NCBI GenBank assembly: GCA_963708295.1
Contig: CAVPSJ010000011.1
Location: 2,138-66,137, forward strand
Length of the DNA: 64,000 bases
Source: an uncultured delta proteobacterium
GTDB taxonomy: Bacteria > Desulfobacterota > BSN033 > UBA1163
Direction: 5' to 3'
Shown: positions 30,697-39,229 of the stretch, one piece after another
How positions within the stretch are numbered: the stretch's first letter is position 1
How the letters are laid out: every line of letters begins with the position of its first letter
The notes under the pieces: generated by a model
Databases searched by the model: none
The model's input: only the letters and a program-made list of their open reading frames with translations
Told to the model about the DNA's origin: nothing
Program-made: the position numbers and the translations under genes

Positions 30697-32172
30697 ATGA
30701 AGTGGCTTGGAAACGAGCAAGAGGTGATTGTGTTGGGTTCCGGCCTGGGAGGACTGGTCGCCGGAACGCTGTTGTCAAAAAGCAACCACTCCGTCTTGCT
30801 GCTGAGGGAAAAAGGGTATCATTCCTCTTGTGCGATAAAGGGATACCATTTTGTCCCTTTTTCAAGTCTTTCGGAAAAATGTTTGAAGCCTACCCTGATT
30901 AGAAAGATTGCCCAAACGCTGGGCATTTCTCTTCTGATGGGGACCCGGGAGGATGGAAGGCAGCTGAAAGTTGCTTCGGACAAGTCGAAGCACGGCTCCA
31001 CCCTTCAAGTGCTGCTCCCGAAGGCAAGGATTGACATTTTTCCTGAGCGTTCTCAATCCCGGAGGGAATGGATAAGAGAGTTTCCAAGCGAAGTGTCCCA
31101 GATTGAAGGGTTTTACCATGAGCTCGAACGAATTCAGGATCTCTTTCGAAAAGGGAACGGAAAGAGGAACCCTTCAGCATTGTCCCTCCCCTTTCGGGAG
31201 CGTTCTTTTATCAAAAGGATATGGTCTTCTGATCCTTTTTCAAATGAAAAGATGGACAAAAAGCTCCTGCCTTTTTCGAAAGAGTTCAGGCAATTCATTC
31301 AACTCCAACTGATCTCCTGGGGGAATTTCTATCCAGATCGATTTCCGATCTCTTTGGCAGCTCATGTTCTATTCGATGAGACGAACGAATTGAACGTCGA
31401 TTTGGATCGAGAGAAGTTGGAGATAGAAATCTTGAACCAATTCATACGATCGGGCGGGAGGGTTGAAGAAATCGACAGTGTGAAAGAAATAAAGCCGTGG
31501 CACCGTAAAGGAGTGACCTTGAGTTTCGAAGGAAATCCAGGCGTGTTTCGGTCACCCTATCTCATTATCAACGCTCCCCTTCATCGGATCTCATCCTTCT
31601 TGGGAAAGAAAGGAAAAGGATTACACAAGTGGGGGAAGAGGATCAAGCCCCTCTACGTGGTCACGCCTTTATTCATAGGGATCGATGAAAAAGTCATTCC
31701 CGTCGGGATGAAAGACCATCTGATTTCCCTTTTGGATCTTGAAAAGCCCTATGAGGACGGAAATCTTCTCTTTCTTTCGATGAGTCCCAAAGGAGACAGG
31801 ACGAGGGCTCCGGAAGACAGGAGGGCCCTGACCGTCGAGGGCCTCCTCGACGCGGAGAAATGGGATCCGACCCGTCTGGTGCATTATCAACAAAACGTCA
31901 TGAAACATTTGTGTCATCTCTTCCCTTTTCTTGAGAGTTACGTCGAATTTGTTGATCTCCAATGGGTCAGTGATCAGTTTTCCAAGTGGTCCTATTCGCA
32001 CTTTCTTTACGGTTCAGCTTCGGATTTTTATTGGAGGGAAGGAGTGGTTCCTATGAGAATATCGGGGAACACTTACTTTATCGGAAAGGAGAATTTCCCC
32101 TATTGGGGTCTGACAGGAGAGGTCTTTAGCGGATTAACCGTGGCGCGACACATTTTGAAAAAATATTCGTAA
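30697..32172 (+). CDS. FAD/NAD(P)-binding oxidoreductase, phytoene-desaturase/amine-oxidase-like superfamily
   Basis: The 491-aa ORF has an N-terminal dinucleotide-binding motif, VIVLGSGLGGLVAGTLLSK. The rest is not specifically recognisable. Confidence 0.55.
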   Translation: MKWLGNEQEVIVLGSGLGGLVAGTLLSKSNHSVLLLREKGYHSSCAIKGYHFVPFSSLSEKCLKPTLIRKIAQTLGISLLMGTREDGRQLKVASDKSKHGSTLQVLLPKARIDIFPERSQSRREWIREFPSEVSQIEGFYHELERIQDLFRKGNGKRNPSALSLPFRERSFIKRIWSSDPFSNEKMDKKLLPFSKEFRQFIQLQLISWGNFYPDRFPISLAAHVLFDETNELNVDLDREKLEIEILNQFIRSGGRVEEIDSVKEIKPWHRKGVTLSFEGNPGVFRSPYLIINAPLHRISSFLGKKGKGLHKWGKRIKPLYVVTPLFIGIDEKVIPVGMKDHLISLLDLEKPYEDGNLLFLSMSPKGDRTRAPEDRRALTVEGLLDAEKWDPTRLVHYQQNVMKHLCHLFPFLESYVEFVDLQWVSDQFSKWSYSHFLYGSASDFYWREGVVPMRISGNTYFIGKENFPYWGLTGEVFSGLTVARHILKKYS

Positions 32173-32266
32173 ACCTCATCTCCCGGACGCCGATCGTTCT
32201 GCCAAAATCGCTGACATCCCTTATTCCACTTTTCCCGCATTCCGAGTTCGGCAACTTGAATTCATA

Positions 32267-32818
32267 TCAATCATCCCAGCGGATCTGTTTCCTCTTTGTC
32301 AGAGGGAGCTTGAACTTCTCCTTCAACCGCCTGACGACAAGATCTGGAACCAATCCTTCAACGCCTCCCCCTAATCGGGCGACTTCTTTGATCGTTCTGG
32401 AAGAGACAAAAAAATAGTCTTTACTCGTCATCATGAAGAGGGTATCCAGATGGGTGTCGAGGCTTCGATTCATGGAGGCCATGTGAAATTCATATTCGAA
32501 GTCGGAGGTCGCCCGGAGGCCTCTTAAAGTCACGATGGCGTTCGTCTTCGCGACGTAATCCACAAGAAGTCCTTTGAAGCTATCGACGACGACCTTGGGG
32601 GTGTCTTTAAAAAACGTTTTCACCATTTGAAGACGTTCTTCAACCGAGAAGAGAGGCCGTTTTTCTTCATTCACGGCGATGGCGACGATAACCTTGTCAA
32701 AGATCTCAAGAGCCCTTTCAACGATATCGATATGACCGTACGTAATGGGGTCAAAAGAACCTGGATAGATGGCTACTTTTCCCATATTCTTATCCTCTCT
32801 TTTCTCGTTTTTCTTCAT
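32267..32818 (-). CDS. coaD: Phosphopantetheine adenylyltransferase
   Basis: The ORF contains KVAIYPGSFDPITYGHIDI. Two plausible starts exist, at 32818 and 32785, each with an RBS. Confidence 0.9.
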   Translation of the reverse strand: MKKNEKREDKNMGKVAIYPGSFDPITYGHIDIVERALEIFDKVIVAIAVNEEKRPLFSVEERLQMVKTFFKDTPKVVVDSFKGLLVDYVAKTNAIVTLRGLRATSDFEYEFHMASMNRSLDTHLDTLFMMTSKDYFFVSSRTIKEVARLGGGVEGLVPDLVVRRLKEKFKLPLTKRKQIRWDD

Positions 32819-32836
32819 TCGAGTGCTCCTTTTTTT

Positions 32837-33445
32837 CTATTCCCCTCCAGCATCCTGGGAAAGTGCGTTCGGGGCCTCGGTGGGAGCCTTCCCTCCTCGA
32901 GGGGTTAAGATTGAAATGACTGTTTCCCCTATCTGCCGCTGTCGAATCAGATTCCAGCCCTTGATGGCGGAGGAAAGGGGTTCTCGCCGGTGATGTTCGA
33001 CGACCAGAACAGAGTCCTTGTGAAAAATCGGATGGGAGCTCAGCTTCATGAAGGTCCTTTCGATCAAGCCCTGTTCGTAAGGAGGATCCATGAAGATGAG
33101 GTCAAAGGTTTTCCCTCTTTGTTTTAGAATTCCGATCGCTCGATTTGCATCTGTGGGAAGGACTTCAGACCGTTCCCCCATTCCGAATTGTGCAAGATTT
33201 CTCTGAATGAGCCTGAGGGCTTGTTTTCCCTTTTCAACAAAGATCACTTCCTTCGCGCCCCGACTCAGGGCCTCAATCCCCAAATTCCCCGTCCCGGCAA
33301 AGAGATCCAGAACCGCCCCCGCCTCGATCTGACCCCTCAGGATATTGAAGATAGATTCCTTGACCCGGTCGGAGGTGGGGCGAAGAGAGAGATCCTTCGG
33401 GGTCGCTAATTTCCGTCCTTTTGAGGCTCCGCTGATGATGCGCAT
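32837..33445 (-). CDS. rsmD: 16S rRNA (guanine966-N2)-methyltransferase RsmD
   Basis: The ORF contains MRIISGASKGRKL, LDLFAGTGNLGIEALSRGA and FMDPPY. The longer ORF-track start at 33514 runs into a repeat element and is rejected. Confidence 0.85.
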   Translation of the reverse strand: MRIISGASKGRKLATPKDLSLRPTSDRVKESIFNILRGQIEAGAVLDLFAGTGNLGIEALSRGAKEVIFVEKGKQALRLIQRNLAQFGMGERSEVLPTDANRAIGILKQRGKTFDLIFMDPPYEQGLIERTFMKLSSHPIFHKDSVLVVEHHRREPLSSAIKGWNLIRQRQIGETVISILTPRGGKAPTEAPNALSQDAGGE

Positions 33446-33582
33446 TGCAGCCCAGCTAAATCCGAATTTCGAATATGTAGCTCCCCGCCCATCGGGCGGG
33501 GGCTTCGCGGCCAAGTAGAGTCACGCCTACTGCGCCCCTTTCTCCCGCCTATCCCGTTTTGGCGGGGCGCGGCAGATTTCAA
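33446..33582 (-). repeat. Structured repeat core, copy 1 (CCCGCCAAAACGGGATAGG ... GCCCGATGGGCGGGGAGCTACATATT), directly 5' of rsmD
   Basis: Two collinear blocks match 62040..62175 at about 22/24 and 22/25 positions. Each block contains a short hairpin: CCCGC-CAAA-GCGGG type and GCCC-NAT-GGGC type. Confidence 0.6.
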
Positions 33583-33841
33583 TCGGAATCTGAAACACAA
33601 AACGTGCTAAATCCTAAACCCGAAACAACCTCAAATGCCCAAAGCACAAACCCAAAACCGCATGATCTTTTGACTCTTAATTCTTGGATTTACCCGCCCT
33701 GTTCAGCAAAGGATGAGTTGTATCCGGTTTGATTTTCATGACTCTTCGGGAAGAGCGAGGTCATGAATTTTATACCGAGTTACTGAACAGAGTGATGATT
33801 TAAAGTTTCGTGTTTAGAATTTCGAATTTCGTGCTTCGTCC
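33583..33841 (+). repeat. TTCGAAAT-family inverted-repeat element, copy C (with a ~170-bp internal insert)
   Basis: The right end GAATTTCGAATTTCGTGCTTCGT is identical over 23 nt to the copy at 60679..60825. The left end contains GTGCTAAATCCTAAACCCGAAACAACC. The internal hairpin is TCATGACTCTTCGGGAAGAGCGAGGTCATGA. Confidence 0.65.
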
Positions 33842-33885
33842 ATAAACCTTAGCGTCACCCTCATTCTAACAACAAATCTTAAGCG

Positions 33886-34347
33886 CTAGGTGTGCCCAAA
33901 TAGCTGTTCGATCTTTTTTTTCATGTGGTCCTGATGTGACCCCTGCCAATATATCCTCGAACACTGTGGGCATCGAAAAAATTCCTTTTGTTGATAGAGG
34001 ATGAAATCAGGGACCTCCCCCTCTGCTTCCTCTCGTGAAATTTCATGAATGAGCATATTACACTGGAGGCACCGGGAAAAAAGGGTCTCTTCGTGTAAGT
34101 GGATAGCTCCTGCCCGAATGAGTTCTCCCAGCTGGGAGGAAGGCTTGTCCTCCATGATTCTGATGATGCGATCTTCAGGCCTTCTGGGAGTGAGTTTGGC
34201 GCTTCGGGTCAAAATCACCCGACCTTCCTCTCGAGCCCGTTTGATCAGTGAGTAACCATTTTCTCCCCTGGAGTAGACGGTATCATACCCCAGCATTCTT
34301 AATTCCTTAGCCAACTTCCCAAGCATTCGGTCTGTGATAAACTTCAT
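33886..34347 (-). CDS. Mut7-C RNase-domain (PIN-like + zinc ribbon, DUF82) protein
   Basis: The 153-aa ORF begins MKFITDRMLGKLAKELRMLGYDTVY. It has C-terminal Cys pairs CLQCN .. CPQC. Confidence 0.65.
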   Translation of the reverse strand: MKFITDRMLGKLAKELRMLGYDTVYSRGENGYSLIKRAREEGRVILTRSAKLTPRRPEDRIIRIMEDKPSSQLGELIRAGAIHLHEETLFSRCLQCNMLIHEISREEAEGEVPDFILYQQKEFFRCPQCSRIYWQGSHQDHMKKKIEQLFGHT

Positions 34348-34432
34348 TGCCTGAAACGCATGATTCCTGCCTTGAAGGAGAACCTTAAGAACAGGCGCGG
34401 CTAGGCCGACTCCAGAGGGCAGTCGTGATGCC

Positions 34433-35302
34433 TCATTTGATATATTTCCCGATGATGGGTTCTAGATCTTTCTTCGTTTTCTCGGGGATAAACTTCTTGC
34501 CCGTGATCAGGCCATATTTCAAAGCATTGGCACAGAGGCATTCTCTTTTTTCAGGAAGATGTTTGATCGCGTGCCGAATTGCATCTTTTGCAGTTTTTGT
34601 GCTCTGGGCGAGGATTCTCAGGACCTCGCCGATAGAAACATCCTCTGCAGACTCGTGCCAGCAATCGTAGTCGGTGGCGAAGGCGATCGTGGAATAGCAG
34701 ATTTCAGCCTCCCGAGCCAGTCTCGCCTCGGGGAGGTTGGTCATCCCGATGATGTCTACGCCCCATGTCCGGTAAAGTCTCGACTCAGCGCGTGTTGAAA
34801 ACTGAGGTCCTTCAATGCAGATGTAAGTTCCATCCTTATGAACCGTGGCACCGACTTCTTTTCCGGCCTCGCAAAGAACCCGGCTGAGAATGGGACAGAC
34901 CGGATCCGCAAAGCTGACATGACCTACGATCCCATCGTTGAAGAAAGTGCTCGGGCGCCCCTTCGTCTGATCAATGAACTGGCTCGGGATCACCATATCC
35001 CCGGGATGGATCGATTCTTTCATCGAACCTACTGCGCTGACTCCGATGATCCATTGAGCCCCCAACTTCTTCATCCCGTAGATGTTCGCCCGGAAGTTTA
35101 GCGAAGACGGCTGAATTCGGTGGCCCTTTCCATGACGGGGCAAAAAAGCAACCTTTACCCCATCGAGGCGCCCTACGATGAACGCATCTGAAGGACTGCC
35201 AAAAGGCGTCTTCAGCGTAATGTTTTGAACCTCTTCAAGGCCCTCCATTTCATAGAGTCCCGACCCACCGATCACCCCCACGACATTCTCCGACATTCTC
35301 AT
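34433..35302 (-). CDS. mtnP: S-methyl-5'-thioadenosine phosphorylase
   Basis: The 289-aa ORF contains IGVIGGSGLY, FLPRHGKGH, NIYGMKKLG and MTNLPEARLAREAEICY. Confidence 0.9.
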   Translation of the reverse strand: MRMSENVVGVIGGSGLYEMEGLEEVQNITLKTPFGSPSDAFIVGRLDGVKVAFLPRHGKGHRIQPSSLNFRANIYGMKKLGAQWIIGVSAVGSMKESIHPGDMVIPSQFIDQTKGRPSTFFNDGIVGHVSFADPVCPILSRVLCEAGKEVGATVHKDGTYICIEGPQFSTRAESRLYRTWGVDIIGMTNLPEARLAREAEICYSTIAFATDYDCWHESAEDVSIGEVLRILAQSTKTAKDAIRHAIKHLPEKRECLCANALKYGLITGKKFIPEKTKKDLEPIIGKYIK

Positions 35303-35351
35303 CCTCCTTCTTTCAAAGTAGGGTTCATGTTAACTCCGCCACGATAAAAAA

Positions 35352-36458
35352 TCAATCATTGCAGCTTGCGTTTGAACTCGCATCGTAGCCGGCCTCAATC
35401 CGTTCCGCGCCGCCCTCCGAACGTTTCCCGCGGAGTTGGCCGCAGGCAGCTGAAATCTCTCCCCCCTTGCTGTTTCGGACAATGGCGGTAAGGCCTCCTT
35501 CCATCAGGATTTCCTGAAATCGTCTGACCCTTTCCTCCGAAGGTTTCTTAAAAGGGATCTCAGGGGCTTCGTTGAGAGGGATGAGATTGACCTTGGATGG
35601 AATCCCTGCCAATATTCGTAGCAATCTCCTGGCGTGAGAGGAAGAATCATTCACTCCTTCCAACAGGACATATTCAAAGGTAATTCGGATTCTTCGCTGA
35701 AGGGGAAATTTCCTGCATAAGGCCAAGAGCTTGTGTAATGGGTAACGACGATTGATGGGCATAAGATAAGTTCGAGTCTCTTCATCTGGGGCATTCAGCG
35801 AGATGGCCAGGCGAAACGGAGTCCTTTCTTTGGAAAGCGCTTCCAGTTCAGGGAGGAGACCCACGGTCGAAAGGGTGATCCTTCTTGAAGAAAATTTGAG
35901 AGCATCCGGATGAGCCATCAGCGCCGTTGCCTTCAGGGTGTTCGTGTAATTCGCAAGAGGCTCTCCCATTCCCATCAAGACGATGTTGGTGATGGCCTTT
36001 TCTCCCTGAAGCATTTTTCTGACGGCCAGAATTTGATTGAGGATCTCTGACGCCTTGAGATCTCGTTTCCATCCTGCTTTTCCAGTCAGGCAAAATCGGC
36101 ACCCCAGGGCGCATCCCACTTGTGTGGAAACGCAGAGGGTCAGACGCGCCTTGTCGGGGATCAAGACGCTTTCAATTCGGTTTCCATCTTCAAGCTGAAA
36201 TAAGAATTTTTTTGTTCCATCCGTTGACCGTTCGATGCAAAGGGGGCGAAGGATGGAGATAAAGCTAACCTGGCTGATCTCCTGGCGGAGTTTTTTTGAG
36301 AGATTGCTCATCTCATCGAAGGATTCGGCCCCTTGCTGGTACAACCATCTCAGGATTTGGACGCTTCGATAGCGTTCTTTTCCGAAGGACCCGAGGAACT
36401 CAAGGAGTTCAGAAGGGCTCAAGTTCTTGAGATCAACCTTTTGTGTAAGGCTTTTCAA
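35352..36458 (-). CDS. rlmN: 23S rRNA/tRNA (adenine-C2)-methyltransferase RlmN (radical SAM)
   Basis: The 368-aa ORF contains CVSTQVGCALGCRFCLTG, MGMGEPLAN and GGEISAACGQL. Confidence 0.9.
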   Translation of the reverse strand: MKSLTQKVDLKNLSPSELLEFLGSFGKERYRSVQILRWLYQQGAESFDEMSNLSKKLRQEISQVSFISILRPLCIERSTDGTKKFLFQLEDGNRIESVLIPDKARLTLCVSTQVGCALGCRFCLTGKAGWKRDLKASEILNQILAVRKMLQGEKAITNIVLMGMGEPLANYTNTLKATALMAHPDALKFSSRRITLSTVGLLPELEALSKERTPFRLAISLNAPDEETRTYLMPINRRYPLHKLLALCRKFPLQRRIRITFEYVLLEGVNDSSSHARRLLRILAGIPSKVNLIPLNEAPEIPFKKPSEERVRRFQEILMEGGLTAIVRNSKGGEISAACGQLRGKRSEGGAERIEAGYDASSNASCND

Positions 36459-36874
36459 TATCCGGTTAACTCCAGGCCGTTGAAGAAGTAATGGATTTCG
36501 AAGGCGGCGGTTTCGGGTGCATCAGACCCGTGGACAACGTTCTTTTCGATATTGGTGGCATGCTGTTGCCGCAAGGTCCCTTCCTTGGCCTTTTTAGGGT
36601 CGGTCGCTCCCATCAATTCCCGTATCTTCGAAATTGCCCCTTCTCCTTCAAGGACCATGACGACCGAAGGGCCAGAAGACATGAAGGTGGTCAGGCTTTC
36701 GAAGAAAGGTTTGCCCCGATGGACAGCATAAAATCCTTCTGCTTCCTTCTTATTCATTGAGATCATCTTCAGGCCAACGACCTTCAGGCCGGAGCCCTCG
36801 AAGCGTTTAATGACTTCACCAATCAGATGTTTTTGAACTCCATCCGGCTTCACGATAGACAATGTCCTTTCCAT
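36455..36874 (-). CDS. ndk: Nucleoside-diphosphate kinase
   Basis: The ORF contains MERTLSIVKPDGV and NVVHGSD. A strong RBS, AAGGAGG, lies 5 nt upstream of the ATG at 36874. The track's longer start is rejected. Confidence 0.95.
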   Translation of the reverse strand: MERTLSIVKPDGVQKHLIGEVIKRFEGSGLKVVGLKMISMNKKEAEGFYAVHRGKPFFESLTTFMSSGPSVVMVLEGEGAISKIRELMGATDPKKAKEGTLRQQHATNIEKNVVHGSDAPETAAFEIHYFFNGLELTGY

Positions 36875-37008
36875 GCGGTCCTCCTTTAAAATTAAATTAT
36901 AAGCGTTTAATCTATCTTTCACAATTCCTAATTGTCAAGTGAAACTCGCGCTGCACAGGGGCTTATCGGCCGCGTGTGATCATTCGTAAAGCGCCGTTGG
37001 CGAATGGA

Positions 37009-37038
37009 TTGACAAGGATGGTCTGTTTATCCTATTCT
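37009..37038 (+). promoter_or_regulatory. Sigma70-type promoter candidate for trxB
   Basis: TTGACA, an 18-nt spacer, then TATTCT, about 30 nt upstream of the trxB ATG. Confidence 0.35.
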
Positions 37039-37067
37039 GAAACCGGCTTATGTCCAAGGAGGAATAA

Positions 37068-38009
37068 ATGGAAGGGGCGAAGAAGAAGGTTTATGAGGTC
37101 ATCATCATCGGAGGGGGACCCGGGGGATTAACCGCAGGACTTTACACATCCAGGGCCAGGCTCGGCACCCTTCTGATTGAAAAGGGGCTCTTCGGGGGGC
37201 AGATGCCCACGACTGAACTGATCGAGAACTATCCGGGGTTTCCGCAGGGGGTTAACGGTGATGAGTTGAGTCGTCTTATGGAGGAACAGGCGAAAAAGTT
37301 TGGGCTGGAGACGGTCGCAGATGAGGTTGTAAAGGTGAGCCTGGAGGGGAACATGAAGGTAATCCAGACTTACGAGTCCACCTACCGGTGCGGGGCTCTT
37401 ATCATCAGTACAGGAGCAGAATATCGAAAATTAGGAGTCCCTGGAGAGAAAGAATTTGCCGGGAAGGGAGTCTCGTATTGTGCCACATGCGATGGAGCCT
37501 TCTTCAGGGATGGTCGGATCGTCGTTGTAGGGGGAGGGGACTCTGCCCTTACCGAAGCTCTATTCCTCACAAAGTTTGCCAGGGAGTTGACCATCATCCA
37601 TCGAAGAGATGCCCTTCGAGGGACAAAGATCTATCAGGAAAGAGTCTTGGCTCACCCGAAGATCAAATTTCTCTGGAATTCGGTTATCCAGGAGATCAGA
37701 GGCGATTCGATGGTACGTTCGATTATCGTAAAGGATGTAAAAACGGAAGAAATCAAGGAGGTTGAAACTGAAGGTGCTTTCGTTTTCGTAGGCATGGAAC
37801 CGAGAACTCGATTTTTGACAGGGATCATTGAGATGGACGGGGGAGGATGTATCTTAACGAATGAAGACTGTGAAACCTCGGCAAGAGGGATTTTTGCTGT
37901 GGGGGATTGCAGGAAGAAGCTATCGCGTCAGATTGCGACTGCAGTGGGAGATGGGGCAACGGCGGCATTTGCTGCGGAGAAGTTCCTGGAGTTAAAAGAC
38001 CCATTTTGA
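37068..38009 (+). CDS. trxB: Thioredoxin-disulfide reductase
   Basis: The 313-aa ORF contains IIIGGGPGGLTAG, the redox motif CATCDG, and VVGGGDSA. Confidence 0.9.
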   Translation: MEGAKKKVYEVIIIGGGPGGLTAGLYTSRARLGTLLIEKGLFGGQMPTTELIENYPGFPQGVNGDELSRLMEEQAKKFGLETVADEVVKVSLEGNMKVIQTYESTYRCGALIISTGAEYRKLGVPGEKEFAGKGVSYCATCDGAFFRDGRIVVVGGGDSALTEALFLTKFARELTIIHRRDALRGTKIYQERVLAHPKIKFLWNSVIQEIRGDSMVRSIIVKDVKTEEIKEVETEGAFVFVGMEPRTRFLTGIIEMDGGGCILTNEDCETSARGIFAVGDCRKKLSRQIATAVGDGATAAFAAEKFLELKDPF

Positions 38010-38289
38010 AACCCGTGGGCCCAAGACCAAAACCCTCGGTCCGTAATTGTATAGACCATGAGATGAATATTCTTCTCTCTGCTCTTTGGAGAGATGCCAT
38101 TCAGCACGATTTACACAGCGGTTTAGATCCGAGCATCCCTTCATTGCCCCTGAATGGATTTCTCGTTAGCGCTCCGAGCATCCCTTTTCTTGCCCCCTCT
38201 TAACAAAAAAGGACAATTTGTTCCTTTTTTAAAAATCAAATATTTAAATAACTTCTTATAAATCAAAGACTTAGATTACTTAACTATTT

Positions 38290-38305
38290 TTGGCACCGAA
38301 AATGC
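38290..38305 (+). promoter_or_regulatory. Sigma54 (-24/-12) promoter candidate
   Basis: TGGCAC-cgaaaa-TGCA has the GG and GC dinucleotides at canonical spacing. An AT-rich tract precedes it. The next ATG is about 90 nt downstream. Confidence 0.5.
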
Positions 38306-38393
38306 AAGGTCTACATCCATGGTATGCTGCCGCTCGCAACAGAAGACTTTCCCGGAAGTCTCTGATTCTTAATATTTAAGGGAGGTGTTTTGA

Positions 38394-38648
38394 ATGGGAG
38401 TCGCCAGACTCTGTAGGTTTTATCGTGACTTTTGCAAATTGTATGTGGACTCTGGATCTTCTGAGATGGACAAAGAAACCGGTCATTGCGACCTCGATTG
38501 TGACCAGACGACTTGCAATGGAGGTTTAGATTCCTGCCAAAAATCTGACATCTTAAAAAGGTACTACTTTGAACAGATAAAAAGAGAAGGTGGATTGGAA
38601 TGGGAGCGGAGAAGAAATGTCTTTTTCTTTGAAAACCCAAAGTCCTGA
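38394..38648 (+). CDS. Hypothetical small cysteine-rich protein (84 aa)
   Basis: A strong RBS, AAGGGAGGTG, lies 6 nt upstream of the ATG. Six Cys residues occur in the pattern C-x6-C ... C-x3-C-x4-C-x6-C (HCDLDCDQTTCNGGLDSC). I do not recognise a family. Confidence 0.45.
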   Translation: MGVARLCRFYRDFCKLYVDSGSSEMDKETGHCDLDCDQTTCNGGLDSCQKSDILKRYYFEQIKREGGLEWERRRNVFFFENPKS

Positions 38649-39001
38649 AGATGCCCGCCCAATCGACTCCCGTATGATCGACTCCAGCACGTCTTATTGA
38701 GGTTTTAGGTCGTTCCATTTTTGACGCCTTAATGACGATCTATCAGGAAAATAAGATGAATTGCATAAGGAAAAATTCTTGCCCTCCGTGTAAGTAGTTT
38801 CTTTCCGTTATCCAGCTCGCAGCAGGCCAAGACAAAACGAGTAAAAACACCATCTTATGAATCGCCTCCCGTGTCTTTTAAGATTGTAAAAGTCAATGAA
38901 ATCAATAATTTTGTTTGTTAGGCGAGAGCAGCATATGTTATTATGTAAAAAGAGTGCCAAATGAACACAAACAAAAATTGGACGGAGGAGGTGAAGACGA
39001 A

Positions 39002-39220
39002 ATGAGAGAGAATGTGGAGAAGGCATTGGACAAGATTCGGCCTGCCCTTCGAGCGGATGGAGGGGATATTGAACTCATTGACGTGGTGGATGGAGTGGTC
39101 AAGGTCAGATTGACGGGTGCTTGCGGTGGCTGTCCTATGTCGCAGATGACTCTGAAAATGGGGGTCGAGAAAGTACTGAAGCAACAAGTTCCAGAGGTAA
39201 AAAGCGTGGAGACTGTTTGA
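39002..39220 (+). CDS. nfu: NifU C-terminal-domain (Nfu-type) Fe-S cluster carrier
   Basis: The ORF contains IRPALRADGGDIELIDVVDGVVKVRLTGACGGCPMS. The RBS GGAGGAGG is present. The internal ATG at 39002 is preferred over the track's start. Confidence 0.8.
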   Translation: MRENVEKALDKIRPALRADGGDIELIDVVDGVVKVRLTGACGGCPMSQMTLKMGVEKVLKQQVPEVKSVETV

Positions 39221-39229
39221 ATAAGATGG

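Noticed and set aside
33446-33514. A longer N-terminal extension of rsmD (ORF-track start at 33514), and similar extended starts for ndk, prs, rpiB, nfu and the Rhs-overlapping 168-aa ORF
   Set aside because: The extensions run into repeat elements, a tRNA or upstream genes. Internal ATGs with good RBSs match the conserved protein N-termini.
33583-33841. A CRISPR array as an explanation for the TTCGAAAT-rich repeats (also at 42446, 58501 and 60679)
   Set aside because: There are no regularly spaced identical direct repeats with unique spacers. The units are 7-8 nt tandem periods arranged as inverted arms. No cas genes are present in the window.
38920-38960. NrdR boxes upstream of nfu-nrdJ
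   Set aside because: I could not find two convincing 16-bp palindromes of the ACACTATATATAGTGT type at the usual spacing of about 31 bp. There are only AT-rich fragments. This needs a PWM search.
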